Shown here in pieces: positions 1 to 13,220 of a DNA stretch of 64,000 nt. The DNA is from the human T2T-CHM13v2.0 reference genome, Homo sapiens, in NCBI RefSeq assembly GCF_009914755.1, contig NC_060935.1; one strand, 5' to 3'. Both the position numbers and the translations under genes were made by a program. Under the pieces are notes generated by a model. The model worked only from the letters and a program-made list of their open reading frames with translations. It was not told the origin of the DNA and did not search any database. The stretch's first letter is position 1, and the number at the start of each line of letters is the position of its first letter.

Positions 1-167
1 AAGATTCCTAAAACAATACTCATCTGTACCACGTGCAGTGCACTCTGAAATTTTCTGTTTTTTTTATTAATCACGTTATTTTAAAAATGGTATTAGTCAC
101 CCACTAAATTGTTTTCATAACCCAGTAATGGGCTGCAACCCACGGTTTTGGAAAAGACAGTGCTCTA
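1..167. mobile_element. hAT-Charlie DNA transposon fossil (Charlie4-like), terminal part
   Basis: CACCCACTAAATTGTTTTCATAACCCAGTAATGGGCTGCAACCCACGGTTTTGGAAAAGACAGTG resembles the Charlie terminal motif ending ...GTTTGAAAAACACTG. Confidence 0.55.
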
Positions 168-831
168 AAATTCTATTTTATAGGACAATGTTGATGTCAT
201 AAGGCTGGCATGGGGAATGATATGGGGTAGGTGCCCAGGGAAGGCTGGTTTCCTTGTGTGCCCTTTCTGGCAAACCAGAGCCTATGAGCTGCTACCTTCT
301 AGGCTTGCATACAGAGGCCTGGCTGAACCTAGCACATTTCTTAAATCCTAGACTTGCCCTAGTGGAATCTGCTCAGCCTCCTCCCTGGGGATGGGCACCA
401 TCTTGGGCTGTGACCTTCAATTCACCGGCTCCCCAGAAGCCAGCTCCTCCTTGGGAGGTGAGGTTATACCCTGTCCCCACAACGTTGTCATTTCCTTCCC
501 CTGAGTCTCTCTGTGTGAGGATTGTTCCCCTAATCAGGATGGAGACGCAGTTCATTACAAGCTGGTGAGGCAACGGCTCTGTGCTCCAGGCCCGAGACAG
601 GCTGTCTGGGAGCTTGGCCAGCCTCCCACTGCCCCGGACACCAGGGCAGTGGCCTCAGAGCAGAACCAGCTCGCTGGGTTTGTCTGCCCCCTTCCCAAGG
701 GACACAGGCAGACAGACACTGTTTGCTGAGACTTCCACAGCTTTCATTATTACAAAACCTCTGCCATGCTCAGACAATGAGTTTCAGCAAATGATGGCAC
801 TACTTCCGAGAGCATCTGTAGAGCACCTAGA

Positions 832-1035
832 ATAACAACTGGACTTTATTGAGTGTTTACCATGCACCAAGCCCTGGGCTAAACACTTCATCTGCAGGCT
901 GTTCGTCTTTACGGCAAACCCAGTAGGTAGGTATAACTATCCCCACTCTGCAGATGCAGAAACGGAGGCACAGAGTGTTTTGGTAGCTAAACAAGCTCAC
1001 CAGGAGGCTAGAAGGTGGCCACACCTAGCTGGCCC
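832..1035 (-). mobile_element. MIR SINE
   Basis: Antisense MIR: TTTATTGAGTGTTTACCATGCACC...CCCCACTCTGCAGATGCAGAAACGGAGGCACAGAG. Confidence 0.8.
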
Positions 1036-1104
1036 CCCTGACTCCACCAACTGCCTCCCTTTGCTGTGTTGCATGCAAGAATGTGACTCCAAGTTTTTCC
1101 TTCC

Positions 1105-1312
1105 TTCTGGATCCAACTCTGGCTTCACTCTGCTCAGCAACCAGGTGAGTTTCCATAGGTGACTTTGTCTCTCTGAGCCAAGTTTCCTTATCTGTAAAAC
1201 AGGGCCTAGTGGTACTTCCTTCCTCAGGCTGTTAGGAAGAGTAAATGAAATAATGTATATAAATGCATCTCCCAGAGCTCCTAACACATAAGAAGTGCTC
1301 AATAAATCTATT
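1105..1312 (+). mobile_element. MIR SINE
   Basis: MIR core CTCTCTGAGCCAAGTTTCCTTATCTGTAAAA and 3' end GTGCTCAATAAAT. Confidence 0.8.
1142..1150 (+). other. Consensus 5' splice donor (CAG|GTGAGT), possible end of a non-coding exon
   Basis: Perfect donor 9-mer inside a MIR; no transcript evidence available. Confidence 0.35.
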
Positions 1313-1779
1313 TATGAAAGAGTTGATTCAGCTGTTTTCCTACTGACTTGACAGTATCCCACAGCCATTTCCCAGAGGCATGATGTCACCATCCAGAGGA
1401 TAATAGCAGCCAATCTAGAAACCTCCATGTGTTCCTGGGCTTCTCATATTTATGCCTTGTCTTGCCTCGCTGCCCCATCTTACTACTGACTTCCCTGGGG
1501 CAGAAATCTCCAATATGACTAATATCTCTTGGAGGGCTATGAAGAAGCCATTTATTTCCTCCAACAACAGTCCCTTCCACCCAGGATGAGGAGAATAGCC
1601 ATGTGGTGGCTGCAGAGCCTGGTGCAGAAATTCTCATTAGCTGCAGTTTAATTACTGCCTGCCGTATAGGTTTTTAATAACAGTAAGTCCCAATTAGTTG
1701 CTTGTTACTTCAGAAATAATTACTGATAGTGGACCTTTGTCTCTGTTTTAATTCCAGCTTCATGCCCAAGCTGCGGAAG

Positions 1780-2389
1780 TCTAAACAAGTGGGCATTTTT
1801 AGCTGAAGGAGGTGGGGAGGATCGGGGATGCGTGAGGAATGTCTGCACAGAACTGCGAGTTTCACTGGGGTGCGTGTGTTTGTCTGAGATGAGTGGAGGA
1901 ATGGCCGTGGCCATTTCTCACCTCTGTAAAGAAAATCCTGGGCCCCTGTCTTGAGCTAAGGACAGGGATGGGGCCCTGCTCTCAAGGGCAGGTGGGTCTG
2001 GGACATAGCATTCTCTGCACAGAGAGACCACGGGGCAGCTGGCCTCCAGTTATGACCCATGCCAATGGCATGCCCTTCCGCTGCCCTGGGGGGCCAGGCC
2101 CCAGCCACTGACCAGCTCAGAGGCAGATGCCGCCGCCCCCTGACAGTGACAGGCACAGCCAGATGGAAGAGCGGCTTTTGGGAGCAGGGAGAGGGGAGGG
2201 AGTGTGCCGTCTCTTCTGCAAGGGCAGTGCCCCAGCCTCAGCCACACTTCTGATCTGCAGTCCAACAGACCTTTCTAGCATGCCAAAGAGAACCTGGGGG
2301 TGCCAGGGGGTCCTCAGAGCTCACACTGCACTTGTGGCACCCACAGCGAGTAGCCATCCGTGAGCCGAGGAAACTGTACACAGGTAAGA
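1780..2389 (+). promoter_or_regulatory. Candidate promoter / first exon ending at donor CAG|GTAAGA (2381-2389)
   Basis: Repeat-free, GC- and CpG-enriched relative to the window; GCCGCCGCCCCC box, tandem TGACAG, CAGATG E-boxes, GGGGAGGGG-type boxes; strong donor followed by an abrupt switch to T-rich sequence. Confidence 0.4.
2132..2146 (-). promoter_or_regulatory. CTCF-like motif
   Basis: Reverse complement CTGTCAGGGGGCGGC versus consensus CCASYAGRKGGCRS (2 mismatches). Confidence 0.35.
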
Positions 2390-2557
2390 CGGTCACTGTG
2401 CTTTGTTTGAAGTAAGGTAGTTTCCTAGCTTCAGGTAATTCTTTTTCAGTCTGACCTGCTTTTATGCTGCTTTGTCTTTTTAACTTTTATCCTATTGTAC
2501 CTGGGAAGCTATTGTAGTGCTGATGAGTTATTGTCTGCTGAAGTTATGTAGTGATCA

Positions 2558-2810
2558 GAGCTAACATGTGCTGGGCATGCCAGACCCTCTTCTAGGTGAT
2601 GTATATGTATTTATTCATTTAACCTCAGACAATGCTCTGAGGTTAATATAATTATTATTATCAGCCCTCATTTGCAGATGAGGAAATGGAAGCACACAGA
2701 AAGATTAAGGAATTTGCCTGAGGTCACCCAGCCCATATGTGGCAGAGCTAGGGAGATTCTCTCCCAGGGAGTTTGACTCCACCACCAAGCTTTTGACCAG
2801 TAGGTTATCC
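2558..2810 (-). mobile_element. MIR SINE
   Basis: CATTTGCAGATGAGGAAATGGAAGCACACAGAAAGATTAAGGAATTTGCCTGAGGTCACCCAGC. Confidence 0.85.
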
Positions 2811-3179
2811 GGCCTCTTATGGGAAGGACTTGACCCATTAGAGAATGGGATGCTTCACAATGCAAATATCCCCCGTGATTTTTCTTTAGTTGGCTCTGCA
2901 TAATACGTTCTTTTATGGCCTGTGTGTGTGTGTGTGCATTTGGTGATCCTTGTGTTGATTTTTGGTTCCAACTGTGTTCTCTGAAAGCTTCCCCCCATTT
3001 GAAATGTCTGGGTCCAGTCAAATGCCTCTGTTCTTAGTGTTTGTGCAGTTTCCATGATGGATGAAATGGCAGGGGCACTTCTGAGCCCAGCCTAGGACTG
3101 TGGCCCAGGCCACCCACGTTTGGAGGTGACAAAGCCCTCTGTGCCATCATGCTGGCCAGCGTTGGTCCTTTTCAATGTG

Positions 3180-3227
3180 TCCTCATGCCCAACTTGTCTT
3201 TCTCTCTTTCCTCATGCCCAACTTGTC
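3180..3227. repeat. 19-bp perfect direct repeat with 10-bp spacer
   Basis: TCCTCATGCCCAACTTGTC at 3180-3198 and 3209-3227. Confidence 0.9.
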
Positions 3228-3983
3228 AAGGGAAGATGTCACACTGCTGAGCCAGTAATTTGCTTTTTTTCTCACCATGTTCTTTGGTTTCTTTCCCCCT
3301 GAGAATCCTTTCCAGTGGAATTGCAAATGGTTTGGCTGGAAAAACCTGCTGAAAATCCATCCTTTTTCATGTTTTCCTTCTTACCTCCTGTTCATTTCAT
3401 CCATCCGGCCAACCTGCGAGGTTGTCTTATTGTTAATAATCTGGGCTACTCTGTGTTTGGAGGTTCATTTGGAAAATTGTGTCCAGCAGGCAGAAATGCT
3501 CCACTTCATCTCAGACACAAAGGCGTTCTTTGAAGGTACAAAGGGTTTAGTATTAAATAAGTAAGCAAACAAGCCTGGCCTTTGAGGAGAGAAGTGTGGA
3601 AGGGGTAGGGAGAAAACGAAAACTGCCTCATCAAACTGTACCTTGGTTTATTTAGACAAGGGGAGCTTATTTGTGTTTATTTTATGCTCACATCCTAAGG
3701 TTTCAAGGAATGCTTCTGTAATCTACTCCAGAGGCATCAGGGCTCTTGCCAGAATCCCTTGATGGCCAATCTTTTTGAAGTGTCAGGTGAAATGTGGGTG
3801 AAGGGGCTATTCTGTTTGAGAAACAGCATGAGGGAGGGCTGATCCATTTTTCTAGTTACTGGGAACGTTTCCCTTCACTACGAGGGCTGATGCTCTTCTC
3901 CTGGCAGTATCTGCCCAGAAAAATCTCAAGCCTCAATGGGTATATCTCTTCCTTTTCTCTCTCTCCAAACTGAATTGCATCCG

Positions 3984-4437
3984 TGTCTTAGTTTGGATCC
4001 TCCAACACAGACTGTGAAGTAAGTATTTCAGTACAAGTAGTTTATTTGGGAAGTGATTCCAGGAAGCACTGTGAGGGAGTGGGGAGTGAGACAGCGAGGA
4101 GAAAGCCAATAAAAGGTGTGCTAATGGGTGGGTTACTATAATGGGCAGCTGGGCTCAATCCCACAGGGGCCCTCTGAAGGACTATGTTGGACCTACCTCA
4201 GAATTGTCCCATGGAGGAACAAAGAAGCTGGGGTGTTTATGCACCAACTCATCTGCCTCATTGGGTGTGGTTTTCTCCTGGGATATGAGAACCCCAGCAC
4301 TTCTGGCCTGCCCTGTTTGATGCACAAGAATCTCTCAGAGACAGGATGTCCCTAGGTGAGGGACATGCCTACTGTCTGTGAATGACCTCCAGGCTAAGCC
4401 AAGGGAACATGACAGGGTGTCAACAGCATCTGCTAAA
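3984..4437 (-). mobile_element. ERVL solo LTR (LTR33-like)
   Basis: TGTCTTAGTTTGGATCC...CAAGTAGTTTATTTGGGAAGTGATTCCAGGAAGCAC...AAAGCCAATAAAAGG...CAGCATCTGCTA matches the LTR33 reverse complement. Confidence 0.75.
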
Positions 4438-4477
4438 GCAACCAACTGCTCTAACATTGTGTGCACTGGATAAAATT

Positions 4478-4965
4478 ATAACAGTTGCCAATATTTACCT
4501 ATAACCTCTAGCCAGTTACATGTGTATTAATCTTACTGATCCCCCAAAACTTTTGAGGAGGGGCTGCTGTCATCATCTACAGTACAGCATTGTGGCTAAG
4601 AACATGGACTCTGGAGCCAGAATAACTGGGTTCAAATCTCACCTCTTCTGCTGGGTAGTTGTGTGATTTGGGCGGGTTTCTTAGCTTCCTTGAGCCTCAA
4701 TTTCTATAGCTGCGAAATGGGGATAACAATAGTAACTACTTTGTAGTATTGTTTTTGAAGATCAAATAAGTTAATACACATAAAAGCAATTATAATAGTA
4801 GGCATATACTAGGTGTTCAATAAACACTAGCTGGTGTTATCCTACAGATGAAGAAATTGAAGCTCAAGGAGGTTCTTAGCTGAAGGTTTTATAGCCAGCA
4901 AATGGTAGAGGCAAGATCTTAACTCAGGCTTTCTGCAGCAGCATCACTTTTTCTACTATACCATG
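4478..4965. mobile_element. Near full-length MIR (+, 4579-4840) nested inside an older antisense MIR
   Basis: The + MIR runs from ACAGTACAGCATTGTGGCTAAG to TCAATAAACACTAGCT; flanks 4478-4578 and 4841-4965 join into one minus-strand MIR. Confidence 0.75.
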
Positions 4966-5805
4966 TGACTTTGTAATCATTAATACATGAGAAAGCACTT
5001 TCTAAACTGTAAAGTGCTCCACAGAAGCTTTGTTTATATACTATTTCTCCTCCTTGGAACAGCAGATACAGTCTTGTTCTCTCAAGAGCTTCAGCCTGGT
5101 CTTTGAATTCTGCTATCTGTCATCTCTGTACACCTGGCACTGGGCACAGTGTCTGGATGGGTGTCAGCTAGGTGGATGAGTTACCCAAAGCCTAGGACTG
5201 GCCCAGTGATCCCTTCCTTCAGAGCTCCTGCCTGCAAACTTCTGCTCAAAGTCAGGCCCTATCTCTATCACATACCCCAATTGCTGCTGCTTCCTCCTCC
5301 CTACTGCCCCTACAACCTACTTGGAACATCCTCCCTTTTCCACCCTGCCTTCTGCCTGGTCCAGTGATCATCTCCCACACCCCACTTCTACAATTTCTCC
5401 TTCCCTTGCCTCCGCAGTGGCCCTCCGGCCTCCCCTCCTGGACTCAGAGCAGCCCTCTACTTGGTCCTTTTTGGATGGTGCTCTTGGGTATGTGTGTCAG
5501 TCTGGGCTTCCTACCCTGACCATAAGTTTCTTGTGGGCATAACTGAGTGGCATTTTTTCCTTTATTCATTTATTTATCCATTGTGGTCCCAGACATGGTA
5601 CCCCATCTGGTAATGGGGAAATGGGAACAGGCAGAACAAGATTGATTCTTGGTTGAAGAGCTCAGTTTGGGGGAAAACTGGCATGCAAACATTGCTATCG
5701 GTGACAGTGAATCTTGGTGGGGACACAGAGCTGAGGTGCCCAGAGACTAGGATCTTCTCTCTCCATGCGATGGGGTCAGAGATGAAGTGACACTAAAGCT
5801 CAGTT

Positions 5806-6190
5806 GTTAGCTTAGGGATGATTTGGTTGCAAGGAAAATAAACTTGCTCAAGCCAGGTTATGGAAAAGTGGGAGTGGGAATCTTTTAGAAACAAAGAGCA
5901 GGAACTTCTCCTCTAGGAACTAGAAAATCATCAGGGCATATGATGTCTGTCCTGCTCCTCTCTGCATGGCTTCCTTTCTGCACACAATCCTACACTGCCC
6001 AGCTCTGAGCCTAGATGACCTGCCCCACCAGGGCCCCATGGTCCTGTTGTCCCAGTTTCGAGTCCCTGTGACACTCTGATTGGCCCAGCTTGGGCTAAGT
6101 GTTCATCCCCAGTCCAATCAGCTTTGGCCAGGAAATCGGGGACATCAAGTATGAAAAGGATGCACAATCCCCCAGTAGGGGTGGGAGGCA
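5806..6190 (-). mobile_element. Old MaLR LTR (MLT1K/J-like)
   Basis: GTTAGCTTAGGG..TTTGGTTGCAAG start and CTCTGATTGGCCCAGCTTGGG..CCAGTCCAATCAGCT motif. Confidence 0.55.
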
Positions 6191-6211
6191 AGGAGTGCAT
6201 CTCTACAAGTC

Positions 6212-6513
6212 TTTTTTTTTTTTTTTTTTTTTTGAGATGGAGTCTCGCTCTGTTGCCCAGGCTGGAATGCAGCGGCGTGACCTCAGCTCACCACAACCTC
6301 CGCCTCCCGAGTTCAGGCTATTTTCCTGCCTCAGCCTCCCGAGTAGCTGAGACTGCAGGTGCACACCACCATGCCCGGCTAATTTTTGTATTTTTAGTAG
6401 AGATGGGGTTTCACTATGTTGGCCAGGCTGGTCTTGAGCTCCTGACCTCATGATCTTCCTGCTTCGGCCTCCCAAAGTGCTGGGATGACAGGCATGAGCT
6501 ACCGCACCCAGCC
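6212..6513 (-). mobile_element. Alu (AluSg-like), full length
   Basis: PolyT plus complete antisense Alu; GACCTCATGATC diagnostic; degenerate TSD TCTCT(A/G)CAAGTCT. Confidence 0.95.
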
Positions 6514-6540
6514 ACTTCTCTGCAAGTCTTGAAGGGAGAG

Positions 6541-6979
6541 TATATTAGTTTCCTGGGGCTGCCATAACAAGTTACCACAAACTTGGTGACTTAAGACAAC
6601 AGAAATTTATTCTCTCACAGTTCTGGAGGTCAGAAATATAAAAATCAAGGCGTGGGCAGAGCCATGCTTTCTTGGCAGACTCTAGAGGAAAGTCCTTCCT
6701 TGCCTCTTCCAGCTCTGGTGGCTCCAGGCGTCTCGTGGCTGTGACAGCATCACTCCAATCTCTGCCTCTGTTTTCGCCTGGCCCCCTCCTCTGTATCTTC
6801 TCCCCTTCTCTTCTCTTCTGAGGACATTTGTTATTGGATTTAGGGGCCACCCTAATCTAGGATAATCTCATCTATGACCATTAACTTTATACCTGCAAAG
6901 ATCCTTTTTCCAAATGTGGTTGTTTCTATGGATTCCAGGTGGACATATCATTTAGCGGACCACCATTCGACCCACTACA
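6541..6979 (-). mobile_element. MaLR solo LTR (MLT1B/C-like)
   Basis: TATTAGTTTCCTGGGGCTGCCATAACAAG..TTCTCTCACAGTTCTGGAGG..CCCACTACA; TSD GAGAG/GTGAG. Confidence 0.85.
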
Positions 6980-6984
6980 GTGAG

Positions 6985-8580
<1,596 letters not shown>

Positions 8581-8741
8581 GTGGCTTGGGATGCATTAAA
8601 TCGTTGAATCTTGCTTTGTGCCAGGCAATGCTCTAACTACCTCATGGCTATTAACTCCTGTGACACTTGTAGCAGCCTCATGAGATGGGCACTTTTATCC
8701 CTCTATTTTACAGGTGAAGAAACTAAGGCACTGAAGTTGGT

Positions 8742-9098
8742 TGATATGGTTTGGCTATGTCCCCATCCAAATCTCATCTTGAATTGTAGCTCCTGCAATT
8801 CCCATGTGTCGTGAGAGGAACCTGGTCTGGGATTGAATTATGGGGGCGGGTCTTTCCTGCACTTTCTTATGATAGTGAATGAATCTCATGAGATCTAATG
8901 GTTTTAAAAATGGGACTTTCCCTGCACAAGCTCTCTCTTTGCCTGCTGCCATCCATGTAAGACATGACTTGCTCCTCCTTGCCTTCTGCCATGATTGTAA
9001 GGCCTCCCCAGCCATGTGGAACTGTAAGTCCATTAAACCCATTTTTCTTCCCTGTCTTGGGTGTGTCTTTATCAGCAGCATGAAAATGGACTAATACA
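8742..9098 (+). mobile_element. THE1 (THE1A-like) solo LTR inserted in a MIR
   Basis: TGATATGGTTTGGCT...GGACTAATACA; 5-bp TSD TTGGT (8737-8741, 9099-9103); antisense MIR halves at about 8600-8741 and 9099-9200. Confidence 0.92.
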
Positions 9099-10289
9099 TT
9101 GGTTAACTTACCCAAGGCCTCCAGTTGGTGAATTGCAGAGCTAGGATTGAGCCCACACAGCCTTTGTCCAGGGCTCATGTTCTAACTACTACATTGGACT
9201 GCTGCCTGTTTTTTGAAAGGTCCAGGGGAGGAGTTGGGGCAAGGGATATTTACTTAGGAAAGAAAAAATACCCACAGCTGGTTCTGATGTGCCTCCATCC
9301 AGCTGCCCCTTCAACCCTCAAACTCATCTAGATCTTTTGGTTTTGGGGGAGAAGCACTTAGTTGTCTGGCCCAGCACCACTTAAGATCCTCTCCCAAGGA
9401 GAGTAAAGGAAGATGGACTCCTCTGCACTGATCCTAAGTGTATTTACCGTTTCCTCTTGTCTGTGAAATGCAAGCTTTATTTCTATCTATTTTAAAAACA
9501 TATACTGCAGGAAAATAATGGCTTAGTGGAAATGTTTAAGTTTCTGGGCCCCAAACAATTTCTAAATATTATTTAAAAAAAAAAAAAAAAGAAAGTCATG
9601 AAAAGCAGCATAAGCTCTACTTAGCTGAGACCTGTGCAAGGGAGCATGTGAGGATGGAAGGGTTAGCGGGGAGGAGGGTAGACACAGGCCTCCACAAAGC
9701 CTTCCTGGCATAGGCAGCCGCACTGCCTCCTGGACCTCATTTGTTTGCCTAGAAAGGACTCTTTCTCAATGCAGACTTTTTCTAAGGGCTTCTAGCAAGC
9801 TCCCTGCAAAATGGGTCATTTCTTTTCATCAGATTTGGGATTTGGAAGGTCCTGGTATTCCAGGCCCCAGACAGGATTTGGGCGTGGGTTGTGTTGTTTC
9901 CCTGGGACATCCTATTAATATGCAACCAATGCAACCCGCTGCTCATCGATGAGGAGATGAGGAGAGAGGGATAGTGGATTACTCCAGGAAATCCAGGGGC
10001 CTGTGGAATCATACCGTTTTAGACGGAGGCAAAGATTAATCGGGATTAGTGAGGGGTCTGCATTCAAGACTGGTTTTGAACTATATAATTTTATCTGTTT
10101 GAGTTCCACTTAAGTGCTCAGAATTACTCAGAGGCAGTTAAGCAGAGATCCCTAGGGAGAGCTTGCTTTATTGCAGTTAGGAATAATCTGTGACTGGCTT
10201 CTTGGCAGCAAAAGCCAAACTCCTTTGTTTGGCTGTGAAGACTCTGCAAAGCCTGAGCCTACTTACTGGTTTGTTATTTCAAAGTGTAT

Positions 10290-10480
10290 TGGATATTGGA
10301 TACTATTACATGCCAGGTAATTTGCTGGATGCTTTCACATTTGTTGCTTTATTTAACCTTCACCCTAATCCTGGGGCTTAAATGTTACGCTACTCATTTA
10401 TAGATAAAGAAACTGAGGCTCAGAGGTGTCAGCTTGCCCCAGGTGTTAAAGCTGATGAGAGTAAGAGCTTTGACTCAGTG
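10290..10480 (-). mobile_element. MIR SINE
   Basis: CATTTATAGATAAAGAAACTGAGGCTCAGAGG..CTTGCCCCAGG. Confidence 0.75.
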
Positions 10481-10884
10481 TCCAGTGCTCCTCGCTGACC
10501 TCACTTCTCCATTTTCCACTTTTTTCTCCCTTAACCGTCCTCTCCTCACCTGCCCCTCCCAACTGCTTCAGCTAAACTCTGCCCAGTCCCAGCTCCTTGC
10601 CTTTCCTCTTGCTGTTGTTCCAAGCAGGCACTCAATGTTAGTCTCATCCAAATCTCCAAGCCCTGTCCTATTCCCTGTTAATTCTTCAAAGTGCCCACAG
10701 AGGGGGACCTCAAAGGTCACTTGGAAGTGGAAGCACTCTAAATTACCTCTGCCAAGAGATATGACACCCAGAACATCATGGAAGCAGACAGAAGAGTCTC
10801 CTACAAGACCCTCATCTTGTTTCTGTATTATCCTTTATTTTTTATTGTTTTAGCCTGTTATCAAGCTAATTGCAATCCCAAAGG

Positions 10885-11025
10885 CAGGCCACCAGCATGG
10901 CCTTACCTGAGATCTTAGAAATGCAGAGGCTCAGGCCCCACCCCAGATCCATTGACTCACAATCTGCATTTTAACAGGATCTCCAAGTGATTCTCCAACA
11001 CTTTGAAGTTGGAGATGCATTGCTC
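10885..11025. mobile_element. MER5A-like hAT-Charlie MITE
   Basis: TTAGAAATGCAGAGGCTCAGGCCCCACCCCAGA..AATCTGCATTTTAACAGGATCTCCAAGTGATTC. Confidence 0.8.
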
Positions 11026-12758
11026 CAGCTGGCATGCACCTTCCACACCGTATGGGCCAGCTCCCAGGCCAGGGAAGGAAAAGAAGGGTCTGCTTACAGC
11101 TGGGCTCTAATCGGACTTGCAGAGCAGGCCGGTAACCACACTGGTTACAGGGCCGCTCTCAGTTTGTGTCCCTGGAGAGTTTGAAGAAGTTGCAGTGGAG
11201 ATGGCTCCTACCATCCTTTCCAGTTGGATCTTCAGCTCTTACTCTGCATAGGCCCATGGGGGTGGCTATCACCCTCAATCCTGACTTCTTTCTCAGATCT
11301 TCCACTGTCTGCCTTTGAAACGGGGAGCCCTCTTGGCCCAGAGGAAAGCCAGGATGATTGGTCTCTAGCTGCCCTGTTCTTGCTCTGCTAGGCCTGGGGA
11401 CCAGCTCTGTTCCACCTTGCCATCATGAGCTCTGGGGAAGGCAGCCCACTGGTGAGCAGAAGAGGCACTGCCTTTCTAAGTGGAGCTAGGATAGCTGTCA
11501 TCTGAGGTTGCAGCTGGAAGATGGGCCAGTTCTACTTAAATGTTGTTTGACTGCTACTTAACCCAACACTGCAGGCTTCCTGCCACATCAGCTGATTGTA
11601 CCCCTTGCCCCAAAGGAAGGAATAAGCAGTTACTTCTTGCACACTGTCTCCACTCATGGCTCAGCTCTTTTCCTTGTCAGTCTTGGAGTCTCTAATGAAA
11701 GGGTATGGCTGGACTGAGAATACTTTTGAGGGACAGGGAAGTAAACAGACTCATGGAGCAGGATTTGAGATGGGAACTCAGATTACAGACTTCATAATCA
11801 CAGCTTGGAAGAGAAGCGTCGTGTGTAAAGGGAACCAAGAAGAAAAGGTACATCATGTCCTTTCGAAACATTTCAGCAAAGATTCTTCAAACAAGATAAC
11901 TGACCACAGAACCCTAGTCTTGCTTCTTTATTATTCTTACTATTATGCTAGATCAGGAGGCTAAATGCAATCCCAAGAGCTACTGTGTATTGATGGCTTA
12001 CTTTGATCCAGGGACTGTGCTGTGCACATCAATGCATTATCTCAGTGCAAAACCAGAACCTCCCCCAATTCTCCCATTTTACAGCTGAAGAAAAAACAAT
12101 AACAACCCTGGTTACCCATCAATAGCAGGCAGTTTTCAAATTCATCTCTGACCTCAAAGACTTCTCTGCACCACCACGCTCTGCATTCCAGCAGAGCAAA
12201 TGAGAGGCTTGGGGACTGTTCAGAGCTCTGTTGTTCAAATAAACAGAACTCATGCTTTCACTGCACGAACATAGGTGTGTTCATAAGTGGTAAGATGTTG
12301 TTCAGACCACTGCCTCCTTCCTAGGATGTCAGATCCCTTCATCTGCCATCATGTCCTCTCTTATGCTATGTCCAGATGCCAGCTGAAGCCCAGCAGATGC
12401 CACTATGAAAAGAAAGCACAAGAAAAGCAAATACACTGCCTTGCAGTGCTTATTAGTGCATGAACACAATGATACCCTTGATGTTTTTCAGAGGAAGGGG
12501 CTTGCAGCCCAAGTCCACTTCGGGATGTGAACTTATCTCCACACAAAGTTTCAATTGAAATGACAGTGTTTATTTATTTTGTGGAAACTTGTCCTGTGTC
12601 AACCATGATCTGGAGGAGAAAAGATAGCCATATGCCATATGGGCAAGTCCCACACACTCACACACAAGTACTCCCATAAAACCTAGTTGTACTGACATTA
12701 GGAAACGGAAATACTCCTGTAAGAAACAGGATTTCCTTCCCTTTCTTTTGGAGCCAGC

Positions 12759-13220
12759 TCTATTGGTTCCCTATTGCTACTGTAACAAATTACCACTAAC
12801 TCTGTGGCTTGAAACAATGCAAATTAATGACTTTCTGGAGGTCCGAGTTGAAAATCTAGGTGTCAGCAGGGCTGCATTCCTCCTGGAGGCTCTAGAGGGA
12901 GAATCAATTTCCTTGTCTTCCCCAGTTTCTAGAGGCTGCCCACACTGCTTGGCTGGCCCCCAGCTGCAATCACTGGCATCACTGTGACCTCTGCTTTCAT
13001 GGTCTCATTTCCTTCTCTCATTCTTCTGCCTTCTTCTCCCATCTTTAAGGTCCCTTGTGATTACACTGGGCCCACCTGAATAATCCAAGATCATCTCCCT
13101 ATTTTAAGATCCTTAATTTAATCACATCTGCAAAATTACTTTTGTCATAAATGTACCTATTCACAGGTTGAGGGGATTGGGTCGCAGACATCTCTAGATG
13201 GCACGATTCTGCCTAGTACA
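12759..13220 (-). mobile_element. MaLR solo LTR (MLT1D-like)
   Basis: TATTGCTACTGTAACAAATTACCAC..GGCTGCATTCCTCCTGGAGGCTCTAG..ATTCTGCCTAGTACA; TSD CCAGC/CCAGT. Confidence 0.85.

Noticed and set aside
6099-6475. Alu-derived ORFs (also near 7.5k, 31.6k, 35.1k, 40.8k and 43.0k)
   Set aside because: Typical Alu translations such as [12 protein letters not shown]; not coding evidence
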